A stretch of DNA of 64,000 nt, from positions 2,208 through 66,207 of the forward strand of contig QCOD01000007.1 of assembly GCA_003209955.1 (NCBI GenBank). Direction: 5' to 3'. This DNA comes from OCS116 cluster bacterium AG-430-B22 (lineage in GTDB: Bacteria; Pseudomonadota; Alphaproteobacteria; MED-G09). The notes below the pieces were generated by a model that saw only the letters and a list, made by a program, of their open reading frames with translations, was not told the origin of the DNA and searched no databases. Shown here piece by piece: positions 11,491 to 19,233 of the stretch (position 1 is its first letter; the number at the start of each line of letters is the position of its first letter). Position numbers and translations under genes: made by a program.

Positions 11491-12168
11491 TCACTGATCA
11501 CCATCACACATCACATCAAGCAAAACACCGTTAGGTGTACCAGCTGTTGCATACATCCATACATTATCGCTTTTCTCAGATAACTCTACTTCCTCGCCAT
11601 CACCCATGAGACCTGAATAACCAAAGATACGAACTGGTCTGGCTCTAACTTTTTCGCAGTCTATTTCAAAATACATGCTTAGAGATCTGAAATCTGTTCC
11701 TTGTGTTGAGGTATCTTGCATCGTAATGACATATTTATTGTCATTACGCTCAAAGTAACTTTTGGTATCGACATAATATTTGATGCCAACATCCGTCTCT
11801 GCATAGAGCTCCCAATTTGGTGTATAGATATCTGTTTTAATCTTTAAATTATATTCTTCACTTACACTTTCAATACCACCAATATTTGTTGTATTTGTAT
11901 AGCCAAGTTCATCTAAGATTACTTTTGCTCTACCTGATCGATTACCGCTTCTACAATACAATAAAATTTCTTCATCTTTTAAAATTGCATAATTTTCGAT
12001 ATCTTTTTTAATCTCGGATAAGGGAATATGAATAGCACCTTCTATATAACCGGCTCTCCATTCTTCATCAGTTCTAACATCTATCATTACAGAATAAGCA
12101 TTCCCACTCATCACAACTGCTAAGACTAATGCTATAAGTATTTTATTTTTTATCTTGGCGCGTTTCAT
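11491..12168 (-). CDS. Secreted rhodanese-domain sulfurtransferase fused to a C-terminal domain of ~110 aa with unknown function
   Basis: Signal peptide. Rhodanese core IDVRTDEEWRAGYIEGAIHIP with active-site loop CRSGNRSG. The C-terminal half (YYVDTKSY...EIDCEK...MCDGDQ) resembles surface-adhesin-E-like domains by pattern only. Confidence 0.8.
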   Translation of the reverse strand: MKRAKIKNKILIALVLAVVMSGNAYSVMIDVRTDEEWRAGYIEGAIHIPLSEIKKDIENYAILKDEEILLYCRSGNRSGRAKVILDELGYTNTTNIGGIESVSEEYNLKIKTDIYTPNWELYAETDVGIKYYVDTKSYFERNDNKYVITMQDTSTQGTDFRSLSMYFEIDCEKVRARPVRIFGYSGLMGDGEEVELSEKSDNVWMYATAGTPNGVLLDVMCDGDQ

Positions 12169-12271
12169 AAGCTTCTTTTTTCTTTAAATATTCTTCTTCA
12201 GATAGCGCATGCCATCCTATACAATTTTCAATTGGTGATCTTCCGCATCCACATTTAGGTACTTCGTTCAT
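12143..12271 (-). CDS. 42-aa Cys3His micro-protein with a CDGSH-like motif (MNEVPKCGCGRSPIENCIGWHALSEEEYLKKKEAYETRQDKK)
   Basis: Hand-translated; not in the ORF track. CGCGRS-x4-C-x-G-x-H is close to the CDGSH 2Fe-2S signature. Overlaps the rhodanese start by 26 nt. Weak RBS. Confidence 0.4.
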   Translation of the reverse strand: MNEVPKCGCGRSPIENCIGWHALSEEEYLKKKEAYETRQDKK

Positions 12272-12437
12272 TTTATATAACCCCGTGTTTTTCTTCTATA
12301 TATTTTAATGCTTCATCTGACATTTAATTAACCCTAACTTTTTGAACTATAACATAAATAAATAAACCTGTGACAATGTTGTTTTAATAACTTACGCTGG
12401 AAGTTAAAAGTTTAATATTTTCAACATGGAGGTGTTT

Positions 12438-13430
12438 ATGAAGAAAATTTTATTAAGTTTTGTAATATCCTTAATGATTGTCGATATTTCTATTGCTAAT
12501 CTTACTGAAAGAGAAAAATTTGATAGTTTATCAAAGGAAATATCTAATTGGGGTAGATGGGGAGAGAATGACCAACTTGGAACATTAAACAATATTTCTG
12601 ATATAAGTATAATTAAAGCAAGAAAATTAGTTATTGAAGGAAAAACAATTTCTTTATCAAGAAATATGTCAAAAGATTCAAATCCTTTTAATCATGCACC
12701 AATTAAACATGAGCCTTTTATTTTTCCTAAGGATGCTTTTGGAGCTGATCCTGCTCTCGCTCAGGAAGGGGCTGGTGATATTTTTGAAATAGAATATCAT
12801 GGATATTCTCATACACATCTAGACGCAGTAAATCATTTTGGAAGAGATGGCAAAATGTATAATGGTTATCCTTTTGAAATAAACTCTAACAATGAATTTG
12901 AAAATCTAGGAGTTGATGAAATAGGAAAATCAGGAATAGTTGGAAGAGGTATTTTAATTGATTTACCTATTTTTTTTGGAGTTGATTATGTTGAGGCTGG
13001 AACTGCAATTACAATTGAGGATATTAAAAAATGGGAAGAAAAAAATAATATAAAAATTGGTAAAGGAGATATTTTGCTTCTTAGGACAGGCAGATGGGAA
13101 CAGTTGCGTCAAAAAGGATATTGGGAGATTACAAAAAAAATTACAGGATTTCATTATTCTGTTGCTTCTTTTTTAAAGGAAAGAGATGTAGCTGTAATTG
13201 GTTGCGATGGTGTATCAGATGTTTACCCTTCAGGCATTGAAAGTAAAAAAGATGCTTTGCATGAGCTAGTTTTGGTAGATTTAGGTATGCCTATTTTTGA
13301 TAATATGGATCTTGATGAATTATCTACTCATTTAGACGAGCTAGGTAGAAAAACCTTCATGTTTGTTGCAAATCCTTTGAAAATAAAAGGAGCTACAGGT
13401 GCTCCAATTAATCCAGTAGCAATATATTAA
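12438..13430 (+). CDS. Putative cyclase family protein (kynurenine-formamidase-like fold), secreted
   Basis: NWGRWGENDQLGTLN, the HxxxH region (HGYSHTHLDAVNHF) and a GCDG motif. GGAGG RBS 5 nt before the ATG at 12438. Signal peptide. Paralog at 30715. Confidence 0.8.
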   Translation: MKKILLSFVISLMIVDISIANLTEREKFDSLSKEISNWGRWGENDQLGTLNNISDISIIKARKLVIEGKTISLSRNMSKDSNPFNHAPIKHEPFIFPKDAFGADPALAQEGAGDIFEIEYHGYSHTHLDAVNHFGRDGKMYNGYPFEINSNNEFENLGVDEIGKSGIVGRGILIDLPIFFGVDYVEAGTAITIEDIKKWEEKNNIKIGKGDILLLRTGRWEQLRQKGYWEITKKITGFHYSVASFLKERDVAVIGCDGVSDVYPSGIESKKDALHELVLVDLGMPIFDNMDLDELSTHLDELGRKTFMFVANPLKIKGATGAPINPVAIY

Positions 13431-13456
13431 ACAAGATAATTAAATATGAGGAACTA

Positions 13457-13900
13457 ATGAGGAAATTTTTATTAATTTTAGTTATCACCATAATGATGAC
13501 AGAAAGTATCTATGCATGCAAAACACCTGAAGAACTAATGGATAATTATTTTAATGATTTTAGTTCAGGTGATATAAAAAAAGTTGAAAGAAATTATTCT
13601 TTTCCATTATTCGTTATTCAAAATGGCAATAAAACCATTCACGATGAAATCTCAACTTTTTTAGATTTTAAAGAAATTAAAAAAACTGGATGGAAAGAGT
13701 CGGTTATTAATTCAGTAATGATTATTATAAAAAAAGATAAATCAGCTGTTACACAAGTGAATTTTTCAAGAGTTAATAACAGAGGTAATGTATATTTAAC
13801 AACAGATGCAAATTATATTCTTATAAAAGAAGATGAAGATTGGTACATCTCAGGAGTAATTATTGATAGCGATGTTCCGCTTGGTATAGAAAATAATTAA
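13457..13900 (+). CDS. Secreted hypothetical protein, possibly NTF2-like fold
   Basis: Signal peptide MRKFLLILVITIMM. About 125-aa mature domain with an alpha+beta cone-like pattern (NYFNDFSSGD... WYISGVI). Function unsupported. Confidence 0.55.
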   Translation: MRKFLLILVITIMMTESIYACKTPEELMDNYFNDFSSGDIKKVERNYSFPLFVIQNGNKTIHDEISTFLDFKEIKKTGWKESVINSVMIIIKKDKSAVTQVNFSRVNNRGNVYLTTDANYILIKEDEDWYISGVIIDSDVPLGIENN

Positions 13901-13912
13901 TAAGAGGAACTT

Positions 13913-14029
13913 GTGAAGAAAGCTTTATTAGGTTTAGTCATTGTAATAATTATGGCACTATTATTATTATTTTTTGGTAATTGGCTGGACGAACTAAAAC
14001 ATCTAATTAATGTCAATCATGTTCACTAA
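13913..14029 (+). CDS. 38-codon membrane-anchored micro-ORF, GTG start (VKKALLGLVIVIIMALLLLFFGNWLDELKHLINVNHVH)
   Basis: AGAGGAACTT-GTG matches the RBS/start context of the 10619 and 13457 ORFs, and the first 15 codons are homologous to them. Confidence 0.4.
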   Translation: MKKALLGLVIVIIMALLLLFFGNWLDELKHLINVNHVH

Positions 14030-14055
14030 TTTTACCTTTATTATTGGAGGGTATA

Positions 14056-14304
14056 ATGAATTTATCTATAGAACTAACAGCTTATCCATTGGAAGATAAA
14101 TATCTTCCAGTAATAGAAAAATATATTGAACATTTAAGAGGTTATAAAAAAATTAAGTTAGAAGTTTTTCCGACTTGTTCAGTATTATTTGGTAAACATG
14201 ATGATGTTATGGAAGCATTAAGCTTATCAATCAAGTGGAGTGTTGAGAATAAAAATAAAGTTGTCTTTATATCTAAATTTTTACCAAATTATGAAGCAAT
14301 ATAA
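14056..14304 (+). CDS. Small MTH1187/YkoF-like (DUF77) family protein
   Basis: 82 aa. N-terminal pattern LSIELTAYPL...YIEHL...EVFPTCSVLFGKHDDVMEAL resembles the family. GGAGG RBS before the ATG at 14056. Confidence 0.45.
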   Translation: MNLSIELTAYPLEDKYLPVIEKYIEHLRGYKKIKLEVFPTCSVLFGKHDDVMEALSLSIKWSVENKNKVVFISKFLPNYEAI

Positions 14305-14315
14305 AGGAGAATAAC

Positions 14316-14666
14316 ATGAAAGGCGCTAAGGAAGTTATTAAAACATTCTGGAAAATCCAAGATGAAGGTGATTATACAAAGGTAGTAAAACTATTCGCAG
14401 AAGATGCTGTTTTACTTGATCCTTTTTTTGGGATATTTGAGGGTAAAGAAGCAATTGGTAAATTTATGAAAAAGATGAACAAAGAAATGACCTCAAGGGA
14501 AACAAGTTTTGTTGTACGTGAAATAGATGGAGGAGGGGATGTTGCTTGGGCACAATGGACTGCCAAAACTCCAAATGGTGATATAGAGGGTTGTGGTTTG
14601 TATAAAGTGAAGAATGGATTGATGACTTATTATAAGGATTATATGAATGCACCTAAGGAGAATTAA
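14316..14666 (+). CDS. SnoaL-like / NTF2 family protein
   Basis: 116 aa. FWKIQDEGDY..LFAEDAVLLDPFFGIFEGKEAIGKF is a typical SnoaL N-terminal pattern. AGGAG RBS. Confidence 0.75.
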   Translation: MKGAKEVIKTFWKIQDEGDYTKVVKLFAEDAVLLDPFFGIFEGKEAIGKFMKKMNKEMTSRETSFVVREIDGGGDVAWAQWTAKTPNGDIEGCGLYKVKNGLMTYYKDYMNAPKEN

Positions 14667-14755
14667 ATATACCCCTAAATAAATTTAATTAAACAAATAC
14701 TATCTTTAATTAGATTTTTATCCTATAAGCTTTTTAAATTTTAAGGAGATTAAAT

Positions 14756-14974
14756 ATGCCATCAGGTAAAGTTAAATGGTTTAATGCTAATAAAGGTTTT
14801 GGATTTATTGAAAATGATGAAGGTGGAGACGATGTATTCGTACATATTTCTGCTGTTCAAGAATCAGGATTAGGAACTCTAAATGATAACGATCATATAA
14901 ATTTTGAGATTGTTGAAAATAGAGGAAAAAACGCTGCTGCTAATCTAACAAGAGTAGAAACTAGCGACGAATAA
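14756..14974 (+). CDS. Cold-shock protein (CspA family)
   Basis: [15 protein letters not shown] (RNP1) and VFVHISAV (RNP2) motifs, 72 aa. AAGGAG RBS. Confidence 0.95.
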   Translation: MPSGKVKWFNANKGFGFIENDEGGDDVFVHISAVQESGLGTLNDNDHINFEIVENRGKNAAANLTRVETSDE

Positions 14975-15080
14975 AACAAAATAATATAGCTAACTTTAAG
15001 AATACATTAAAATTTCAATCACTATCGGACTTACCTCCTAAAATAAATGTCAGTCAAAAGTGCTTTTACTGGAAAATTCT

Positions 15081-15419
15081 ATGAATCAATTATCAGATAT
15101 AGCTGAAGCTATCCGTAATTATAAATTAAATGCAGAAGGAGGCTATGAAGAATGGGCAAAAGTTCCATGTTCTGAAGATTATAGAATGTATGTTCCTTCA
15201 ATGGGTTTTGATGTTACTGGAGCTGATGAAGTAAAGGAAGTGATCTTTGGTTGGTTAACCGACATTGAAGCAAGGCAAGAATTAGTAAATATCATTGAAT
15301 TTGAAAACACAGTTACGACATTTCTTCATATTTCAAATAAAAATGGAGAAATATTAAATATTGTTGAAGTCTTTAAAATTGATGATGAAGGAAGGGTATT
15401 TGAAATTTGGGCGCTTTAA
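15081..15419 (+). CDS. NTF2/SnoaL-like family protein
   Basis: 112 aa from the ATG at 15081. C-terminal IVEVFKIDDEGRVFEIWAL is typical of the fold. Stop shared with the convergent gene (TTAA). Confidence 0.55.
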   Translation: MNQLSDIAEAIRNYKLNAEGGYEEWAKVPCSEDYRMYVPSMGFDVTGADEVKEVIFGWLTDIEARQELVNIIEFENTVTTFLHISNKNGEILNIVEVFKIDDEGRVFEIWAL

Positions 15420-15763
15420 TTATTCTTCCGTTTTAAATGCATTTTAAATAAATAATATGCAATTGGCTCATAAAATATATTCATTATAAATATACAAAAT
15501 CTGTTTTCTAAGAAAAAAGCTAACCATTTAAAACCTTGAGTATTTTTCCAAATTAAAATAAAAGCTGCTGCACCTACATATTCAATTCCATTTTGATAAG
15601 CGTACATTCTTCTATTGTATTTATCCTCTAGTAGTGAGGAGTCATTGTATTTAATTCCCTCAGATCTTGATTTGTAGATTTCTATCTCTCTTTTGCATAC
15701 AGGACAGGTATCATTATAATAAACATCAATTGCATTTTTTTCTCTAACCTTGTTTGTTTTCAT
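15416..15763 (-). CDS. DCC-family thiol-disulfide oxidoreductase (DUF393)
   Basis: N-terminal VYYNDTCPVCKREI (CxxC), 115 aa, hydrophobic C-terminal half as in the DCC1/DUF393 family. Confidence 0.7.
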   Translation of the reverse strand: MKTNKVREKNAIDVYYNDTCPVCKREIEIYKSRSEGIKYNDSSLLEDKYNRRMYAYQNGIEYVGAAAFILIWKNTQGFKWLAFFLENRFCIFIMNIFYEPIAYYLFKMHLKRKNN

Positions 15764-15869
15764 CTTTGTCTTCTTGTAATAAAACTTTTTTCAATAGTTT
15801 GTATTCTTCGCTATCTTCACCTAATGTTTTCTTGAAATACTCTAATGCTCTTTCTGTTTTATCAGTCAT
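15744..15869 (-). CDS. 41-aa hydrophilic micro-ORF (MTDKTERALEYFKKTLGEDSEEYKLLKKVLLQEDKDENKQG) overlapping the DCC gene start
   Basis: Hand-translated. 20-nt overlap with the downstream gene. No clear RBS. Confidence 0.25.
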   Translation of the reverse strand: MTDKTERALEYFKKTLGEDSEEYKLLKKVLLQEDKDENKQG

Positions 15870-15940
15870 TAAGTTAATATTTATAATGTTTAGAATATTT
15901 AAATCTAGTAATTATTGACAAAATTAGCTAATAGATTGTT

Positions 15941-16027
15941 ATGAAAAACTTTTATAGAAATCCTTGTGATTGCTGTACTGCAGATTGCAGTTGTAATTGC
16001 AGTTGTTGTAATTGCAGTTGTTGTTAG
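15941..16027 (+). CDS. 28-aa cysteine-rich peptide MKNFYRNPCDCCTADCSCNCSCCNCSCC (13 Cys); candidate metallothionein-like peptide or RiPP precursor
   Basis: Hand-translated. In-frame TAG 9 nt upstream. Contains an in-frame 15-nt tandem repeat. No SD and no clear promoter. Confidence 0.4.
   Translation: MKNFYRNPCDCCTADCSCNCSCCNCSCC
15983..16024 (+). repeat. Tandem repeat AATTGCAGTTGTTGT x2 preceded by the partial copy GATTGCAGTTGT
   Basis: Read directly. The 15-nt period equals 5 codons (NCSCC). Confidence 0.9.
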
Positions 16028-16033
16028 CTTTAA

Positions 16034-16056
16034 TTTATAAATAATAAATTTATAAA
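16034..16056. terminator. AT-only palindromic pair TTTATAAA-taataaa-TTTATAAA between convergent micro-ORFs
   Basis: The self-complementary octamer occurs twice, allowing an 8-bp A/T stem with a 7-nt loop. Weak energetically, so terminator function is speculative. Confidence 0.2.
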
Positions 16057-16059
16057 CTT

Positions 16060-16173
16060 TCATTTACTGCTTTTTTTTCCAAATAATTTTAATACTATCA
16101 TAGTTATGATTAATATTATTGGAACTGCGCCAAGTTTCAAAATATGAATTATGCCTTCAAATAAGTTTTCCAT
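16060..16173 (-). CDS. 37-aa single-TM micro-ORF (MENLFEGIIHILKLGAVPIILIITMIVLKLFGKKSSK)
   Basis: Hand-translated. One TM helix followed by a basic tail. Weak RBS. Confidence 0.3.
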   Translation of the reverse strand: MENLFEGIIHILKLGAVPIILIITMIVLKLFGKKSSK

Positions 16174-16249
16174 TTCATTTCTTTATTTTAGAGAATATAA
16201 ATAAATACATTATAAGAACAATGTTTTTTAAAATTAAAAGGGTGTTTTG

Positions 16250-16549
16250 ATGAGAAATATAATTATAAGTGTTTTTTTAACATTATTATTGAGTGTAGCA
16301 AGTTATGCTCAGTATAAAGAACCAAAATTAAGAAATAATCTTAATATTTATAAAAAAGAGAGAGAAAGTAAGAAAATTGCAATATCGATTAAAGATGAAT
16401 GTAAGTACTTAGAGTTAAATGCAATTAATCTTATTAAAGAAGCTTATTTATTAAATATTAATAACAAAAAAATAGTTTCAGATAAGGAAATGAAATTAAT
16501 AAAGGATGCACATTATTTTTCTGTTAATTGGTCATCATTTTGTGATTAA
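16250..16549 (+). CDS. Secreted hypothetical protein (99 aa)
   Basis: Signal peptide MRNIIISVFLTLLLSVASYA. Two Cys in the mature part. No family recognised. Confidence 0.55.
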   Translation: MRNIIISVFLTLLLSVASYAQYKEPKLRNNLNIYKKERESKKIAISIKDECKYLELNAINLIKEAYLLNINNKKIVSDKEMKLIKDAHYFSVNWSSFCD

Positions 16550-16555
16550 ATATCT

Positions 16556-16741
16556 ATGAAGAAAATAAAAAAATATATATTAAATTTAAATTATACTCAA
16601 ATTTCTATTATTATTGCTTATATCATTAATATGTTGGTTCCTCATGATTTGCTTAATATGACATCAGGTAGCTCTAATTTTTGGACCGGGCTGATATTAA
16701 TAGTTTTATTTTTACTTTTTAAAGAGAGAAAGGAAAGCTAG
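16556..16741 (+). CDS. Small membrane protein (61 aa, 2 predicted TM)
   Basis: From the ORF track. Hydrophobic segments. 1-nt gap to the next gene. Confidence 0.4.
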   Translation: MKKIKKYILNLNYTQISIIIAYIINMLVPHDLLNMTSGSSNFWTGLILIVLFLLFKERKES

Positions 16742-16742
16742 A

Positions 16743-17756
16743 ATGAAGAATTCGTATATAAATGAAAAAGTAGTTCTTTCCAAATATCCATCAGGAATTG
16801 CAAAAAAAGAAAACTTCAGCGTAATAAAAGAGGATATTAATAATATTAGTAAAAATGATTTACTTATTAAGACTAAATTTATAGGTCTTGATGCAGCTTT
16901 AAGGTTATTAATTCGTGATAGCGATGAATTTCTATTTAGAGTCAAAGAGAATGATATTTTACACGGTAATATTGTTGGTGAAGTTGTAGAAAGTAATAAT
17001 TCAGATTTTCAAATTGGGGATTATGTTGTTGGGTCTCTTGGGATTCAAACATATGCTATCTCAGATGGAAATGGTATTGAGAAGGTTGATGTAAATTTTG
17101 CTCCCCCTGAGTATTGGTTAGGAGGCATGGGCATTCCTGGTTTAACTGCATATTATGCGCTTTTAGATATATGTAAACCAACTGTAGATAAGAATGTTCT
17201 TATTACTGGAGCGGCAGGAGCAGTTGGCTCTATTGCAGGTCAAATTGCTAAAATATGTGGTTCTAAAGTATTTGGAACAACCAGCAGTCAAGAAAAATGT
17301 AATTGGTTAATCAATGAACTGGGCTATGATTATGCCTTTAATTACAATGATAACGATTGGTTTTTAAAACTTAAAGATGCTTCTGAAGGAAAACTAGATA
17401 TTATTTTTGACAATTCTGGCGGTGAAGTCATGAATCAGTCTTTAAAAATAATTGGAATGAATGGCATTGTATTATTATGTGGCTCTACTTCACAATATTA
17501 TGAAGACGAAATGAAGGGGCCGAGTAATTATATTTGGCTAGGAACTATGAGAGCAAGGTTACAGGGATTTGTAATTTTTGATTATGAAAATCGATATAAT
17601 GAAGCAAGACTTAATCTAGCAAAATGGCTAAAAGAGGATAAAATTAAAATGCCAAACTATATTATCCAGAGTTCTATTGACTCTTTTCCTTCTGCTTTTG
17701 AAGATTTGTTTTCCGGAAAGAATTTTGGGAAAATGATATTAAAGTTAAATGATTAA
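16743..17756 (+). CDS. NADP-dependent oxidoreductase, MDR superfamily (alkenal/one reductase, YncB/CurA-like)
   Basis: 337 aa. GAAGAVGSIAGQIAKICGSKVFG Rossmann motif, no catalytic Zn ligands. Overall layout resembles the leukotriene-B4 dehydrogenase/YncB subgroup. Confidence 0.8.
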   Translation: MKNSYINEKVVLSKYPSGIAKKENFSVIKEDINNISKNDLLIKTKFIGLDAALRLLIRDSDEFLFRVKENDILHGNIVGEVVESNNSDFQIGDYVVGSLGIQTYAISDGNGIEKVDVNFAPPEYWLGGMGIPGLTAYYALLDICKPTVDKNVLITGAAGAVGSIAGQIAKICGSKVFGTTSSQEKCNWLINELGYDYAFNYNDNDWFLKLKDASEGKLDIIFDNSGGEVMNQSLKIIGMNGIVLLCGSTSQYYEDEMKGPSNYIWLGTMRARLQGFVIFDYENRYNEARLNLAKWLKEDKIKMPNYIIQSSIDSFPSAFEDLFSGKNFGKMILKLND

Positions 17757-17844
17757 AAATATTTTAAGAGCTATTTTTCCTGTTTTTGTTTTAATTCTCT
17801 TCTTATTGTTAATTTTATATATAAATGGTTTAGTAAAAGAATAG
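17749..17844 (+). CDS. 31-aa hydrophobic micro-ORF (MIKNILRAIFPVFVLILFLLLILYINGLVKE)
   Basis: Hand-translated. The ATG overlaps the stop region of the oxidoreductase gene. Could arise by chance in T-rich DNA. Confidence 0.2.
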   Translation: MIKNILRAIFPVFVLILFLLLILYINGLVKE

Positions 17845-17863
17845 TTAAAAATTTGGAGAAATT

Positions 17864-18646
17864 ATGAAGAAATTATTTTTATTTTTGTTTTTATCATTTT
17901 TAATAAATGGTCATGCAAGTTCACATAGCTTATTAGAGTCTGTTAATAGTGATCATAGAATTGAAAAAAATACTCTGAGAGACAAATATAGAAACCCTTA
18001 TGAAACACTATCTTTTTTTAGAATTGAACCTGAAATGACTATAGTTGAACTTTCTCCTGGTAGAGGTTGGTATACAGAGATTTTAGCTAAGTTTATGTAT
18101 GACAAGGGTAGATATATTGTCGCTCCATACAATCCAAATTTAGGTGGGTATGCAGAACGATTATGGAAAAGCTATAATGAGTTTCTTAAGAGTAATGAGG
18201 TTTATAGCAAAGTTGAAACAACATTTTTATTTGATAAATTAGCTGAAGATAACAGTGTTGATGCGGTTTTAACTTTTAGAAATGTACATAATTGGATTAA
18301 CAATAATGACGAAAATGCAAAAAAAATATTTAAACAATCTTTTTCAGCCTTACGATCTGGTGGTTATTTGGGAATTGTTGAGCATAGGGCAAAGAAAGAA
18401 ACTTCTTTTGAGGATATGTATAAATCTGGCTATATGACAGAAAAATTTGTTATTGATCTTGCTAAAAAATCAGGTTTTTTACTTATCGATAAATCAGAGA
18501 TAAATTCAAATAGTAAAGATTTAAAAAACTATCCTAAGGGAGTATGGACTTTACCTCCATCATTGAGACTTAAAGACGAAGATAAAAGTAAATATCTTGA
18601 AATAGGTGAAAGTGATAGGATGACTTTATTATTTCAAAAGCCTTAA
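17864..18646 (+). CDS. Secreted class I SAM-dependent methyltransferase-like protein
   Basis: Signal peptide. VELSPGRGWYTEIL (motif I-like) and GGYLGIVEH. Resembles the predicted periplasmic methyltransferase family. Confidence 0.65.
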   Translation: MKKLFLFLFLSFLINGHASSHSLLESVNSDHRIEKNTLRDKYRNPYETLSFFRIEPEMTIVELSPGRGWYTEILAKFMYDKGRYIVAPYNPNLGGYAERLWKSYNEFLKSNEVYSKVETTFLFDKLAEDNSVDAVLTFRNVHNWINNNDENAKKIFKQSFSALRSGGYLGIVEHRAKKETSFEDMYKSGYMTEKFVIDLAKKSGFLLIDKSEINSNSKDLKNYPKGVWTLPPSLRLKDEDKSKYLEIGESDRMTLLFQKP

Positions 18647-18664
18647 TTTTTTTTATTAAAGTTA

Positions 18665-18736
18665 ATGAAGAGATTGATAATATTTTTAATACTCTTATTA
18701 TTAATATTCTCAATTATTTTTAAGAGGGTATTTTAA
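18665..18736 (+). CDS. 23-aa hydrophobic micro-ORF (MKRLIIFLILLLLIFSIIFKRVF)
   Basis: Hand-translated. TAATG stop/start overlap with the next gene. Could arise by chance. Confidence 0.2.
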   Translation: MKRLIIFLILLLLIFSIIFKRVF

Positions 18737-19227
18737 TGAAAAAGCTTTTTTTAACATTTTTTTTTGGATTTATAATGGCAGTAAATTTTAATGCACAAAC
18801 TCAAGACCTAGATACATATGATAGAATAAAAATTGTAGAAAATATGAATAAATATGCAATAGGTATAGATACTAAAAATTATGAGTTATTTAGATCAATT
18901 TTTTTAGATGATGTGGAAGTTACAGTTATTTATGACCCTAATTGGAAGGGCGGAGAAGAAGTAAAATTTAATGGAAAAGAAAGCTGGGTTAAGTATGTTG
19001 AAGAAGCCATAAGTCAATATAGAGCTACTCAGCACATGCTTGGTAACCCAATGATTACTTTTGATGGTGAAATTGCAATTGTAAGAACCGATTTACAAGC
19101 ATCCCATTATTATATTAAAGATCCAGAAGCCAAGACTACCTTATGGGGTTTTTATGAAACACATATGGTAAAAAAGGAAAATTGGAAAATAATTAAACAC
19201 ACTTTAACAAGCATAGGTTCAGAATAA
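18736..19227 (+). CDS. SnoaL_4-type NTF2-like protein, with signal peptide
   Basis: DRIKIVENMNKYAIGIDTKNYELFRSIFLDDVEV and ATQHMLGNP are typical of the SnoaL_4 subgroup. Confidence 0.75.
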   Translation: MKKLFLTFFFGFIMAVNFNAQTQDLDTYDRIKIVENMNKYAIGIDTKNYELFRSIFLDDVEVTVIYDPNWKGGEEVKFNGKESWVKYVEEAISQYRATQHMLGNPMITFDGEIAIVRTDLQASHYYIKDPEAKTTLWGFYETHMVKKENWKIIKHTLTSIGSE

Positions 19228-19233
19228 ATTTAT

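Noticed and set aside
12272-12330. 16-codon ORF (MSDEALKYIEEKHGVI) immediately upstream of the CDGSH-like micro-ORF on the minus strand.
   Set aside because: It is too short, has no RBS, and is in a different frame from the downstream ORF, so it is not a frameshifted N-terminus. It cannot be distinguished from chance.
15915-15920. TTGACA hexamer upstream of the Cys-rich ORF as a -35 box.
   Set aside because: No acceptable -10 hexamer lies at a 16-18 nt spacing; TAGATT is only 11 nt away. A promoter call is not supported.
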